Shown here in pieces: positions 1 through 9,159 of a stretch of DNA of 23,497 nucleotides. Within the stretch, counting starts at the first letter, position 1. Each line of letters opens with the position of its first letter. The position numbers and the translations under genes were made by a program. This stretch comes from an uncultured Verrucomicrobiae bacterium (GTDB lineage: Bacteria > Verrucomicrobiota > Verrucomicrobiia > Limisphaerales > JAFGQR01), in the NCBI GenBank assembly GCA_963788655.1, contig CAWBHS010000086.1, forward strand, positions 1 through 23,497. Reading direction: 5' to 3'. The notes beneath the pieces were generated by a model that saw nothing but the letters and a program-made list of their open reading frames with translations, searched no databases and had not been told where the DNA came from.

Positions 1-89
1 GGGAACCAAAACAGTTTTGAAACGCCCCAGGGACACTAAACAAAAATCGTGTGAGGCAAATCAGCCGTTGTTGAAGAACAAAGAGCATC

Positions 90-914
90 TCAATCCGGAT
101 CAATCCGCACGGGTTGCCAAGTGAAAGGCAATTGATGGTCGCGGCAAAATCGATACAGCCGGGATGACGCTACCAAAGAGTGTTTTGGGTATTGGTGGAA
201 TTCGAACGTACGGCCCAAGTCAAATGAGCCAACTGCATCCAACTCCGACTGTTTGTAACACAGTTCACCATCACCTCGAGCGAATGGCTCCTCGCGAATT
301 CAAAGGGGCCGGGAATAGTCACCCGTAAACGACTTATTTCTAGCATGGACTAAGAGTTTCACGTTCGCCAACTTAGGTAAAACAATTTGGCTGTACAATT
401 CCCAAATGCGTTCGCGCTTAAAGTCGCGGATTGGATCGCTCCATTCTGTTCCGCGGAAGTCCATGCCGACAAAAGATCCTGTTTCCAGTGTCTTCTTGAT
501 CGAGTCGAGCACGAAATAGGCAGTTTCAGTAAAACCTGCCTTGAACTCATACCAAAGACCTTTTTCCAGCTCGGAGTAATCGACAATTGCCTTGCCTTTG
601 GCCTTTCGCGGATTCCTGCCAATGTCGATGGACTGGTTTGGGGACATCCGCAGGTAGTCCGCTGCCTGATAATCGGCCTCTTCGTATCTTCGAAGGACTT
701 GGTATCCATAGTAACCCACCGTGCTGGTATGGTAGCGATCCAAACCTTCCTTCTCGAGGAACGACCTAATCTCCTGGATCCGACTGGAATCAAACGGAAG
801 CTCAATCCGGAACAAATTAGTTCGATCACCCTCCGGAAACTTCTCACAGAGCAATCGGTATTTCTCCGGGGTGAGAGCTTTTGGTCGAACAACAATTTTC
901 GCCACTGCTTTCAT
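90..914 (-). pseudogene. Putative immunity protein, paralog of 1194-2075, interrupted by an in-frame TGA at 300-302
   Basis: The track ORF 300-932 ends FTGDYSRPL*. Reading on in the same frame gives IREEPFARGDGELCYKQSELDAVGSFDLGRTFEF...SSRLYRFC...WQPVRIDPD* (stop 90-92), which matches the paralog's ELNYRQSDL..FDFALTFE...SQRFYQFC...WIPVRIDPD*. The start MKAVAKIVV (914) aligns with MKIIASIVV. Confidence 0.8.
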
Positions 915-932
915 GGTGCTCAGCGACTGCAT

Positions 933-1187
933 TTACTGTGTGTACGGTACGTCATACTTGTTCGCCCATGCGCGAAGTGCTGTTCCACACTCAGGATAAA
1001 ACTCATCATAGAATTCCAGCATATCGTCCATCAAGACAACGGGGGCAGTAAATCCGCCCCTGTAGCCTGGCCCCAATCCCGCTGCCTCCATTCGGCGATG
1101 GAGTGCGGTTGCAACATCGCCCACATGTTCAGGACCTTCAAGCACTTTGACCGGCGAGGAATCCAGATCCTTTGTGAGCAGCGTCAA
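933..1187 (-). pseudogene. Vestigial orphan toxin C-terminal fragment, homologous to the nuclease tip of the Hint toxin
   Basis: DLDSSPVKVLEGPEH...ALHRRMEAAGL aligns with the toxin's NLDEIPVVLLQRGEH...GLHSYISSAGL. It lies between two paralogous immunity genes, has only a TTG start, and lacks the upstream GHH motif. Confidence 0.7.
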
Positions 1188-1193
1188 ATTGGT

Positions 1194-2075
1194 TCAATCA
1201 GGGTCAATGCGGACGGGAATCCAGTCCAATTTGAGTTCTTGTTTTACGCAGAACTGGTAGAAACGTTGTGAAACGACCGGCCATCGCTCTTTCCCGAACG
1301 ATTCGAAGGTCAACGCGAAATCGAAGTGGCCGGCTTTCGCAAGGTCGCTCTGACGATAGTTCAGCTCGGGCGGACGGTAGTCGTCCTTCAAGCCGACGAC
1401 CTGGGAATAATCGCCCGTAAATGACTGGTCCCTGGCACAAACGAGTCGGTTGGTGTCCGGAATGGGCGGCAGGGTCACCGAACTGGTCAGCTCCCAGAAC
1501 TGGCCCTGCTTTTCAACGTGGTCCTGGTCGGTGAGCTCGACCTCGCGGATGAGGCACCCCTGCTTGTCCCGGATGCGAGCTTTATTGCGCGGAGGGATTA
1601 AGTTCAAATCGTGGAATTGAAGGCCTTGTAGTCTAGCTGCCTCCATTTCACGCCGCAGGTCATCCCTGACTATGGTGGCTTCCCACAGCACGCAACCGAT
1701 GCGAAAGTGAGGCTGCAAACGGAAGGCCTGAACGATCAGCCGTCCTTCGCTGTCGCGCTCTTGGTCCTCAGAGACGAGAACAGTGTGGACTAGTCGCAGA
1801 AAAGGAGCTGATTCTGAATCCTGCACATCATAGTGGCGATGCAAATCAAAGGAATACTCACCTGGAAGCCTGGGACCTCGCCGCGCGTAGTCTCTCTGGC
1901 TCAAGCCTAGCTCCTGCAGTAATCCAATCAATTCGTCGAACTGCACATGATCCGCCGGCAGTTTGATTGCAAACTCTGTTCCGTTCCGACCCGATGGGAA
2001 CCGTTTACAAAGCGCTTCTACAACAGAAGGGGCGTTGTTCTGTGTTGAGACAACGATGGATGCTATTATCTTCAC
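1194..2075 (-). CDS. Putative cognate immunity protein (293 aa), possibly Imm11/DUF1629-like
   Basis: Starts 10 nt after the toxin stop and has a paralog downstream. The motifs IVRDDLRREMEAARLQGLQF and VVSQRFYQFC loosely resemble Imm11-type immunity proteins; the family call is tentative. Confidence 0.7.
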   Translation of the reverse strand: MKIIASIVVSTQNNAPSVVEALCKRFPSGRNGTEFAIKLPADHVQFDELIGLLQELGLSQRDYARRGPRLPGEYSFDLHRHYDVQDSESAPFLRLVHTVLVSEDQERDSEGRLIVQAFRLQPHFRIGCVLWEATIVRDDLRREMEAARLQGLQFHDLNLIPPRNKARIRDKQGCLIREVELTDQDHVEKQGQFWELTSSVTLPPIPDTNRLVCARDQSFTGDYSQVVGLKDDYRPPELNYRQSDLAKAGHFDFALTFESFGKERWPVVSQRFYQFCVKQELKLDWIPVRIDPD

Positions 2076-2085
2076 TTTTCTTGAA

Positions 2086-3822
2086 TCACGGAAGAATTTG
2101 CCGCCAAGAATTTACCACGTTCGCCAAGTCCGCTCTTCCCGCAGTTCGATATGCATCCTCCAATGCGTCGAGAATGGCTTCGGCTCCCGCAGTGCCTTGG
2201 AAGTTGCCCATTTGATTCCAGTGGAGGCCAGCACTGCTAATGTAGCTGTGGAGTCCATCTGGAAACCAATGCTCACCCCTTTGTAATAGCACCACGGGTA
2301 TTTCGTCAAGATTCCAAGTCGTTCCAAATAGTACCTGTAGGCGTTTTTGAATGTATTTGGGAATAATATGGTGGCCTTCCCAGCCTCCCATCCCCAGCTT
2401 GAGGATCGACCGCACTTCGTTGCCAAAATCGTCAAACTCCTGGACGACTTCTTGGGCATTGGCGGAAATCTTACCTTGGGCCAGTCCTTTGATTTGGGCA
2501 TACGTAGGCAATTCGTCCACCGGCACTCTTCCGGCGACCATCTCATCAATCTGGAAGTCCGTTACCTTTTTGGCAACGTCCGCTACTTGACCATCCGTCG
2601 CTTTGGCACGATCTAAGATGGCACGTTCGGTGGCTGGCCAAAGCTTCTTCCCCTGCCGTAATTCTCGCTCGGTTGCCGTCCGAATCCCATCGCAGAAGTC
2701 GTCCGGCAGCCCCGTGTTATGTACCCAAACGCCTTCTGGCCCGACGAAGTAGGTGTGGAAGTCGGCGACCTCGAAGTTGTAGGTGGTGAACGTTTCGCCA
2801 TGGGGCGCCTCTTCGGTCCAAACCGCTTCCAGAATTGCTTCCCCCCCATTGGCGAGCCGGAAATCGTGGCCCGGCTCCAGCCGGCTCGCGGGCACAAATC
2901 GCCCCAATGAGGGGACAAAGAACGGATGGGGGCCGGAGCAGGCCAATTCCCCTGGGCCGGGATCGTCGTCTCCTGCCTCATCCGAGCTACTGGCTGATCC
3001 ATTATCCGAACATGCCTCCTGGCGGTGGGATTGCCGCGCTCGGTAAACCAAATGGTACAACCGGTTGGGATGAGTGACGGCCAGCGCAAGGACAGGCCGA
3101 AAGCCCTGTTGCCCCGTAAATTCGTCCCGAGCCAAAACACGGTCCCCGGTGCGAATGTCCTCGATGGCCTTTAAGCCGTTGTCCGTATGGACGAGTGTTC
3201 CCGCCACGAAACAGAACTCAGGCAGGCGGGTGATGGCGGAGATGGTATTATTCAACAACGCCAAACGCCGCGCATCGTTGGCAAAGAAGGGGATGTTGCG
3301 GAGGTTTTCCAGGAATTGAATCTTGCTGACTTGGTAAGCTTTGGTGGCCGGGATGACCGCGGTGAGGATCTCCAGGCAGAGGCGGCCTTGAAGCTCGCCT
3401 TGTTCGTAGGCGGTATTTTCGACATAATTCGTGGCGAATGCATAGCTTAGTTAAAGTCCATACAGGCAAAGTCGTCTCTGCGGCAATGACTGCCAAGCCT
3501 CCGCCCACTCGCCTCGAGCTATGGCTTCCAAGGTCACTGCCTCACCCTGCTTCACGGCCATCACGAAATGGTATGCTGCTTGGGCCGCGCTGCTGGCGGT
3601 ATCGATGTGTGCATTGACTTTGCAGAGCCGTTCGTGTGCCGCCGGGCTGTCGAAACCCAAGTCCACGATCACCGCCGCTCCCAGCGATCCCACGCCTGTC
3701 CAAATGAACTTAGCGGTGCCCACTACCATATCGGCCCCCTGCTGGATAAAGCCTTTGGCAAATCCCCGTTTGAAATCGAGCGAGGTGAACTGGTCGAAGC
3801 CGGTGGAAACGATGCGGGGATA
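2086..3822 (-). pseudogene. 5'-truncated polymorphic toxin: pre-toxin region + pretoxin Hint domain + HNH/AHH-like nuclease tip; in-frame TAA at 3451-3453
   Basis: Track ORFs 3451-3729 and 2086-3264 share one frame, open from 3822 (YPRIVSTGFDQFTSLDFKRGFAKGF...) with a single TAA. Hint motifs are CFVAGTLV, HPFFV and TYNFEVADFHTYFVG..GVWVHN-T. The tip has EGHHIIP...PVVLL..GEH...LH. Confidence 0.85.
2716..3213 (-). other. Intein-like (PT-HINT) autoproteolytic domain within the toxin
   Basis: Begins at Cys (CFVAGT, codon 3213-3211) and ends at His-Asn (2721-2716), followed by Thr. Confidence 0.9.
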
Positions 3823-3898
3823 TTAGGGCTCGATGGAATCTCGCCCTACCACCGCCTGGAGAGACCTGCGGCGATGCCCGACGCGGCTAAACCATTGT

Positions 3899-3925
3899 TT
3901 TCGCGTGTTTCGCGTGTTCTGCGGT
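3899..3925. repeat. 9-bp tandem repeat (TTTCGCGTG x2 plus a degenerate copy)
   Basis: tttcgcgtg tttcgcgtg ttctgcggt, read directly. Confidence 0.6.
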
Positions 3926-3938
3926 TCTCTCGACATTG

Positions 3939-3981
3939 GGTCATTCTCTGGTCATTGGGCAATTGGCGATTGGTCATTCTT
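3939..3981 (-). repeat. Heptamer-based (AATGACC/TTGGTCA) dispersed repeat, copy A
   Basis: Its reverse complement aagaatgaccaatcgccaattgcccaatgaccagagaatgacc matches 7025-7066 at 39 of 43 positions. Confidence 0.8.
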
Positions 3982-3994
3982 CCGGGGCGTCCAG

Positions 3995-4162
3995 CACGTG
4001 ATCATAAATCGACAGCACGCGAGGATAAACGTCCGTCCAACGGCAATTGCTTCTCCGCCAACGGCAATCAATTCTCCGCCAGCGATCATTTCTGGAGAGT
4101 CAGCGATCTTTTTTGTCCGAACGCTGATGATTTCAGACAAATCAACGAGATTTGACGTTGGT
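3995..4162. repeat. Degenerate 21-bp tandem array (~8 units)
   Basis: ccaacggcaattgcttctccg / ccaacggcaatcaattctccg / ccagcgatcatttctggagag / tcagcgatcttttttgtccga; the flanking units are more diverged. Confidence 0.6.
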
Positions 4163-4372
4163 CCAGGGGTGCCGGATGGAAATCCACTGGTCAAGGATTG
4201 CCCAGCAAGGCGGTCAAATGGAGGGAGGCAGGCTCTGGATGGAGGTTCATTGAGGGCCGACGGTGAGTTCTTCGGTTGAAACACGGCAGAATTGCGTTTT
4301 AAAAGCGATGCAGCGGTCCGGCCGTTTGGACGCATCTTTTCGGTTACCGCTACCCGGTATCGATCACCAGTT

Positions 4373-4417
4373 GTAGCTCAGAATTTTATTCTGCGGTATC
4401 GCCGATTTTCAATCGGC
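4373..4417 (+). repeat. GTAG-led REP-like double hairpin downstream of ribD
   Basis: GTAG followed by the stem-loops cagaat-ttt-attctg (4379-4393) and gccgatt-ttc-aatcggc (4401-4417). Confidence 0.55.
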
Positions 4418-4488
4418 AAGGCGTCCACAGATCCGTGCGGGTTGGGAGTTGCCCATGCCCAGCGGGCTGAAATGCATGAAGGCAGATC

Positions 4489-5658
4489 TCATAATCTGTT
4501 TCCATTCGTTGACGGCGATTCGACAAGAGCCGTCAACAACAAGTCCGGCCCTGCACGGCGCCACTTCAGATCGCGCAATCTTACCATTTCCGTCAGGTTC
4601 CGGGCGCCGGTCCCGGCCACGGCTTTGATGGCGGCACGGCCGCCCAGGATTTTGGGCGCGTAGAAGAAAGCAATCCGGTGAGCCAACCCTTGTTCCAGGA
4701 ACGTGGCGTTGACCTCACCGCCGCCTTCGACCAGCAGCGACGTAACGTTTTCTTGGCCCAACCGCTTCAGCAACCAACTCAGACTGATGCGTCCCTGCCG
4801 CATCGGGGCTGTCCAAACCCGCACGTGACGAGCCAAGACAGCCACCCGTTTCGCTGGAGCGTTCTTGGTGACGACGATCGTCGTCAGCCCGGCAAGATTG
4901 TCCGTGACCACCCGGGCCGTCAGCGGCGTGCGCGCCTGCGAATCCAGAATGATCCTCCGCAATGGTCGGCCCGCCTTGACACGGTATTCGGCGCTTCGCC
5001 CGCGCAGGGTCAGGCTGGGATTGTCCGCCAGCAGGGTATTGATGCCCGCCAGGATGGCATCCGCTCCCTCACGCAGGTGCATCGCGTAATTCCGCGAGCG
5101 CGCGCTGGTGATCCATTTGGATTCGCCGGTGGCCGTGGCGATTTTGCCGTCGAGCGTCATCGCCGCCTTTACGATGACCCAAGGCGTGCGGTGAACAATC
5201 CAGTGGTTGAACGCCTCATTGAGTTGAGCGCATTCGTCCGCCAAAACACCCGGCACCACGGCAATGCCCGCTTTCCGCAAGACCGCAAACGCCCGGCCCG
5301 CGTGCGCCGGATTGGGATCCGTCGCGCCCACCACCACCCGCTCAATCCCCGCCGCCTGAATGGCATTGGTGCAGGCCGGGGTACGGCCCTGGGTGGAACA
5401 TGGTTCGAGCGTGACATACAGCGTGGCATTCTTCGTTGATTGGCCTCGCCGTTCGGCGTCGCGCAACGCTTCAATTTCGGCATGCGGCTCCCCCGCACGA
5501 TGATGCCAGCCTTGGCCGATGATTTGGCCACGCCGGACCAACACCGCGCCGACCATGGGATTGGGCGAAGTACGCCCATACCCTCGACGGGCCAGGCGCA
5601 GCGCGCGTCGCATGTATTCCAAATCAGTGGGGGAATGCTTTTTCGTCACATCAACCAC
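4489..5658 (-). CDS. ribD: Bifunctional riboflavin biosynthesis deaminase/reductase RibD
   Basis: TSPNPMVGAV, HAE, LYVTLEPC...GRTPAC (zinc deaminase); KAAMTLDGKIA, GESKWIT, LLVEGGG (reductase). The GTG start overlaps the upstream gene's stop. Confidence 0.97.
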   Translation of the reverse strand: MVDVTKKHSPTDLEYMRRALRLARRGYGRTSPNPMVGAVLVRRGQIIGQGWHHRAGEPHAEIEALRDAERRGQSTKNATLYVTLEPCSTQGRTPACTNAIQAAGIERVVVGATDPNPAHAGRAFAVLRKAGIAVVPGVLADECAQLNEAFNHWIVHRTPWVIVKAAMTLDGKIATATGESKWITSARSRNYAMHLREGADAILAGINTLLADNPSLTLRGRSAEYRVKAGRPLRRIILDSQARTPLTARVVTDNLAGLTTIVVTKNAPAKRVAVLARHVRVWTAPMRQGRISLSWLLKRLGQENVTSLLVEGGGEVNATFLEQGLAHRIAFFYAPKILGGRAAIKAVAGTGARNLTEMVRLRDLKWRRAGPDLLLTALVESPSTNGNRL

Positions 5659-6945
5659 GATCGGGATGTTTCCACGGCGCGCGGTATTCGCGTTTGAGCA
5701 ATTTGGCGGCTTCGGGATTGCCGGAAATCTGTTCGGTCGGTCGGTCCCAGGAAATCTTCGCGCCAGTATCGTAAGCGATCATGGCCAGTTTAACGGTGGT
5801 GGTGGAGGCAAAGCCGTCTTCCGGCACACAGCCGGGTTGTTGGCGGGTCCGCACGCAATCAAGAAACTGCTGCATGTGAAGTACGTCCGGCGTCACTCTT
5901 CACCTCGGTTGTTTTGCGTTCTTTGCCTTTGCCCCGCGGGATGACGATCCATTTATTGTCGGTCACAAACACCGTTTCCTTCTCGCCATAGACGAAGATG
6001 CCATTGTTGACTTCTGGCGCATATTCTTCGGCGCCCCAGATGTGATGCCGCCAGGTGACCGGACAACTGGCAAATTCGAAATGGGCGGTCAGCACGTCGG
6101 GCGTGGTGATTTTGTCTTTGAAAAAATAAATGCCTCCAGCCGCCGAAATGGTGTGCGGCATCGACTCGTCCAAAATCCAACGGGTGGCGTCGATCAAATG
6201 AATGCCCCAATCGACGAGGTGGCCCTGGCCAGTGGTTTTCTCGAGGCGCCAATTGATATGCCCCACTTGCGGGCTGTAAGGGATCTTGGGGGCGGGTCCA
6301 CACCACAAATCCCAGTCGAGCGAGGCCGGTGGATTCTGCGGTGTGGCGTCTTTCACGCCGGCGGTGTAATGAATTTGCGCCTCGACCTGGACAATGCGAC
6401 CCGCCTTCCCAGACTGCAAGTAGTCGCGCGCCTGTTGAATGGCCGCCGCTTCGCGCCGCTGGAAACCAATCTGCACGATCCGCCCGCTATTCTTCGCCGC
6501 ATTCCACCATCGCGCGGCCTTCACGGATGTCATACGCCAAAGGTTTTTCGCAATAAACATCCAGACCCTGCTCGACGGCGGCAATGAATGGCAACGCATG
6601 CCAATGCGGCGGCGTGGCAATAATCAAGGCTTCGAGTCCGGGTGTTTGCAGCAGGTCCGCGTAATGCTTGAACGTCTTGGGACGCTGGCCTTGCAGTTTT
6701 TCGACTTCGTCGGCGCTCTGCCGCAGATGGTCACTATCCACGTCGCACAGGGCGATGACTTCGACGCCGCCGAGCTTGAGCGCGGCTTTCAGATCGACCA
6801 TCCCATACCAACCGCAACCGATGAGGCCAAGTTTGAGTTTCTTGTCGGTGGCGGCTGGTTCGGCGGACCAGGTCCGTAATTGCGTGGCGGCCAGGGTGCC
6901 GGCGATCGAGGTTCCGAGGAATTGACGGCGATTGAGTTGCTGCAT
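5651..6945 (-). CDS. Tat-exported Gfo/Idh/MocA-family oxidoreductase, two apparent frameshifts (~6500, ~5885)
   Basis: MQQLNRRQFLG twin-arginine signal with a GAAAGG SD upstream; GLIGCGWYG, IATPPHWH, VYCEKPL; then VQIGFQRR, LDWDLWCGPAP, DWGIHLID; then HMQQFLDCVRTR...REYRAPW. Split over track ORFs 6487-6993, 5859-6620 and 5651-5896. Confidence 0.9.
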
Positions 6946-7024
6946 TCGTGTGCCTTTCTTCATGGATTCAAATTTACCGAGAGCATGGAGCATTGGACGC
7001 GGCTGTCAATTCGAGGATGAGCTT

Positions 7025-7066
7025 AAGAATGACCAATGGCCAATGACCAAGGACCAGAGAATGACC
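7025..7066 (+). repeat. Heptamer-based (AATGACC) dispersed repeat, copy B
   Basis: aagaatgaccaatggccaatgaccaaggaccagagaatgacc, inverted relative to 3939-3981. Confidence 0.8.
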
Positions 7067-7261
7067 AGGTCTCCAAGTTCGAGCGCAAGATGGAACGGCC
7101 GTTGATCTCCCAACGCCGACGCGATTAACCGCGTGCCATTCCAAAGTTGGCTCTACTTGCATGCGGCAATCCAGTTTATCACTGCGGTTGCATGCGACTT
7201 ATCGGCAAGGTGCCGTTACACGGCGAACTGCGGTTGTTAACCACCGTGTTCTATTTCCACG

Positions 7262-9134
7262 TCAAAACCCCGCCGCGCTTCCTTCGCCGCGAGGATCGGC
7301 AGCGCCGGTCAGTCGGTCGGTTGATGCCGTCCAGCCCACCGCTTGCGCGGCGCCCAGCGATTTGACGACCTTGACGTGATGCCCGCGTTTCTTCAATTCC
7401 CAAATCACGCGCGTGCCGATTGATTTCTCGAGGCGCAACTCGTCCGGTTTCCATTGGTGATGGAAGCGGGGTTGCGCCAGCGCCTGATCTAGAGGCATTC
7501 CAAAATCAATCATGTAAAGCAGCGTCACCACCACCTGGCTGATGATTGTGGGGCCGCCCGCCGCGCCGAGACTGACGACGGGCTTGCCTTCGTGGAGAAC
7601 AATCGTAGGGCTCATGCTGGACAGTGGGCGTTTACCCGGCGCCACGGCATTGGCTTCAGAACCAACCAGGCCGAAAAAATTGGGCACACCCGGCTGGGCG
7701 GAAAAGTCGTCCATCTCGTTGTTCAACAAAACGCCGGTACCGGGCACCACCACTTTCGAGCCAAAGGAGGTATTGATCGTGGCGGTGCAGGCCACCCAAT
7801 TGCCTTCGTGGTCGGCCACCGAGAAATGCGTGGTGTGCTTGCCGAAGACATCGGTGCCGGCGTCCGCGGGGGTGCCGTGTCCGGGAACTGGTTGGGCGCG
7901 CTCCATCGAAATGCGCTTGGCCAGTTGCGCCGCGTAGGACTTGGACACCAAGTCGCGCGGCACGAGGACAAAGTCCGGATCGCCGAGCCAATAGGCGCGA
8001 TCCGCGAACGCCAGTTTCATCGCCTCGGTCACCACGTGAACAAAGTCCGCAGAACCGGCGCCCATGGCTCTAAGATCAAAGGACTCGAGGATATTGAGAA
8101 CCTGCGCCACGTGAACGCCGCCCGAACTGGGCGGGGAAAAACCAACGATCTGGTATCCGCGATAGGTGGATTTGACGGGTTCGCGAGCCTTGGCTTGATA
8201 CGAGGCAAAATCGGTAGCGGTCAGAAAACCATCGTGTTGCTTCATCCAAGCTTCGGTCGCAGCGGCAAATGGCCCGTGATAAAACCAGTCGATACCCTGT
8301 GCGGCAATGGCCCGGTAGGTTCTGGCGAGATCCGGTTGCTGCAACAAGTCACCGGCCTTAAAGGGCGAACCGTTAGGGCGCAGGAAAATGGCACGGCTGG
8401 CAGGAAATTGTTTCAGAGCTTTGGCGGTTTCCTTCAGTTGGCGTGAGTATGTTTGGTTCAGGAGGAAGCCGCCTTCGGCAAGGTTCGCCGCTGCCAACAA
8501 AAGCTCGCGGAGCGGTCGCTTGCCATAGCGGCGCAGGGCCAGATCGTAAGCTGCCAGCGAGCCCGGCACGCCGACAGCCAGCGCGCCGGTTTGGCTGAGT
8601 TCGGGCACAGCTTTGCCGTTGCGCACATACATGTCGCGCGTCGCGGTGGCCGGCGCGGTTTCGCGTCCGTCGATGGCGGCGACCTCGCCATTCGCAGGTC
8701 CGGATCACCATGAAACAACCGCCGCCCAGGCCCGAATTGTGTCCGTCCACCACGCCCAGCGTCAGCGCGGCGGCCACGGCGCCATCGATGGCATTGCCGC
8801 CCGCGCGCATGGCGTTGAGAGCCGCTTCAGTGGCAAGCGGATGAACGGTTGCGGCGATGGCGTTGGTGGCGGTGGCGGTGTGATTGCTGTTCGTGGAAGA
8901 AGCAGCAGTCCCGTTGGCTAAGCTGGCCAGAGTGAAGGTACCGCACCACGTGAGGAGAATGGCACGCCGAAAAGCTACGAGCCGGTTCAATAAATGGTAG
9001 CAGCCGACGTGAGGAGGCTCTGTCTTATCGATAACAAGGTAGCTTTCCGTTGGAGTTAGAGCCTCCTTACGTCGGCTGCTACGAACTTGCCGGATTCTCG
9101 ATTGGAACCATTGTTGAATTCGAAAGACCTTCAT
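7262..9134 (-). CDS. ggt: Gamma-glutamyltransferase, one apparent frameshift (~8696), start uncertain
   Basis: GGNAIDGAVAAALTLGVV..HNSGLGGGCF; after the shift IDGRETAP, AVGVPG, PPSSGG, HTTHFSVAD (catalytic Thr), LNNEMDDFS, PGKRPLSSMSPT, GAAGGPTI, GAADPRGEG. Confidence 0.93.
8997..9082. repeat. GTAG-type REP-like inverted repeat, copy 1
   Basis: 25-nt arms gtagcagccgacgtgaggaggctct (8997-9021) and agagcctccttacgtcggctgctac (9058-9082), one mismatch. Confidence 0.85.
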
Positions 9135-9159
9135 GAACTTCTGTCGTTAACTTCTTCCA

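Noticed and set aside
270..302. Selenocysteine at TGA 300-302
   Set aside because: The paralog has no Cys at the aligned position, there is no redox motif, and only a weak hairpin follows.
2716..3213. Mobile homing intein
   Set aside because: There is no endonuclease inside the Hint domain and the host is a toxin, which fits a pretoxin Hint.
3995..4162. CRISPR array
   Set aside because: The units are contiguous and degenerate with no unique spacers, and there are no cas genes.
7090..7143. Short imperfect palindrome tggaacggc...gccattcca after ggt
   Set aside because: The arms are only 9 nt with a mismatch, there is no second copy in the window and no U-tract; too weak to call.
5659..7260. 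FMN riboswitch upstream of ribD
   Set aside because: The ribD start overlaps the upstream gene, and I saw no RFN consensus in the 6946-7261 gap; an Rfam scan was not run.
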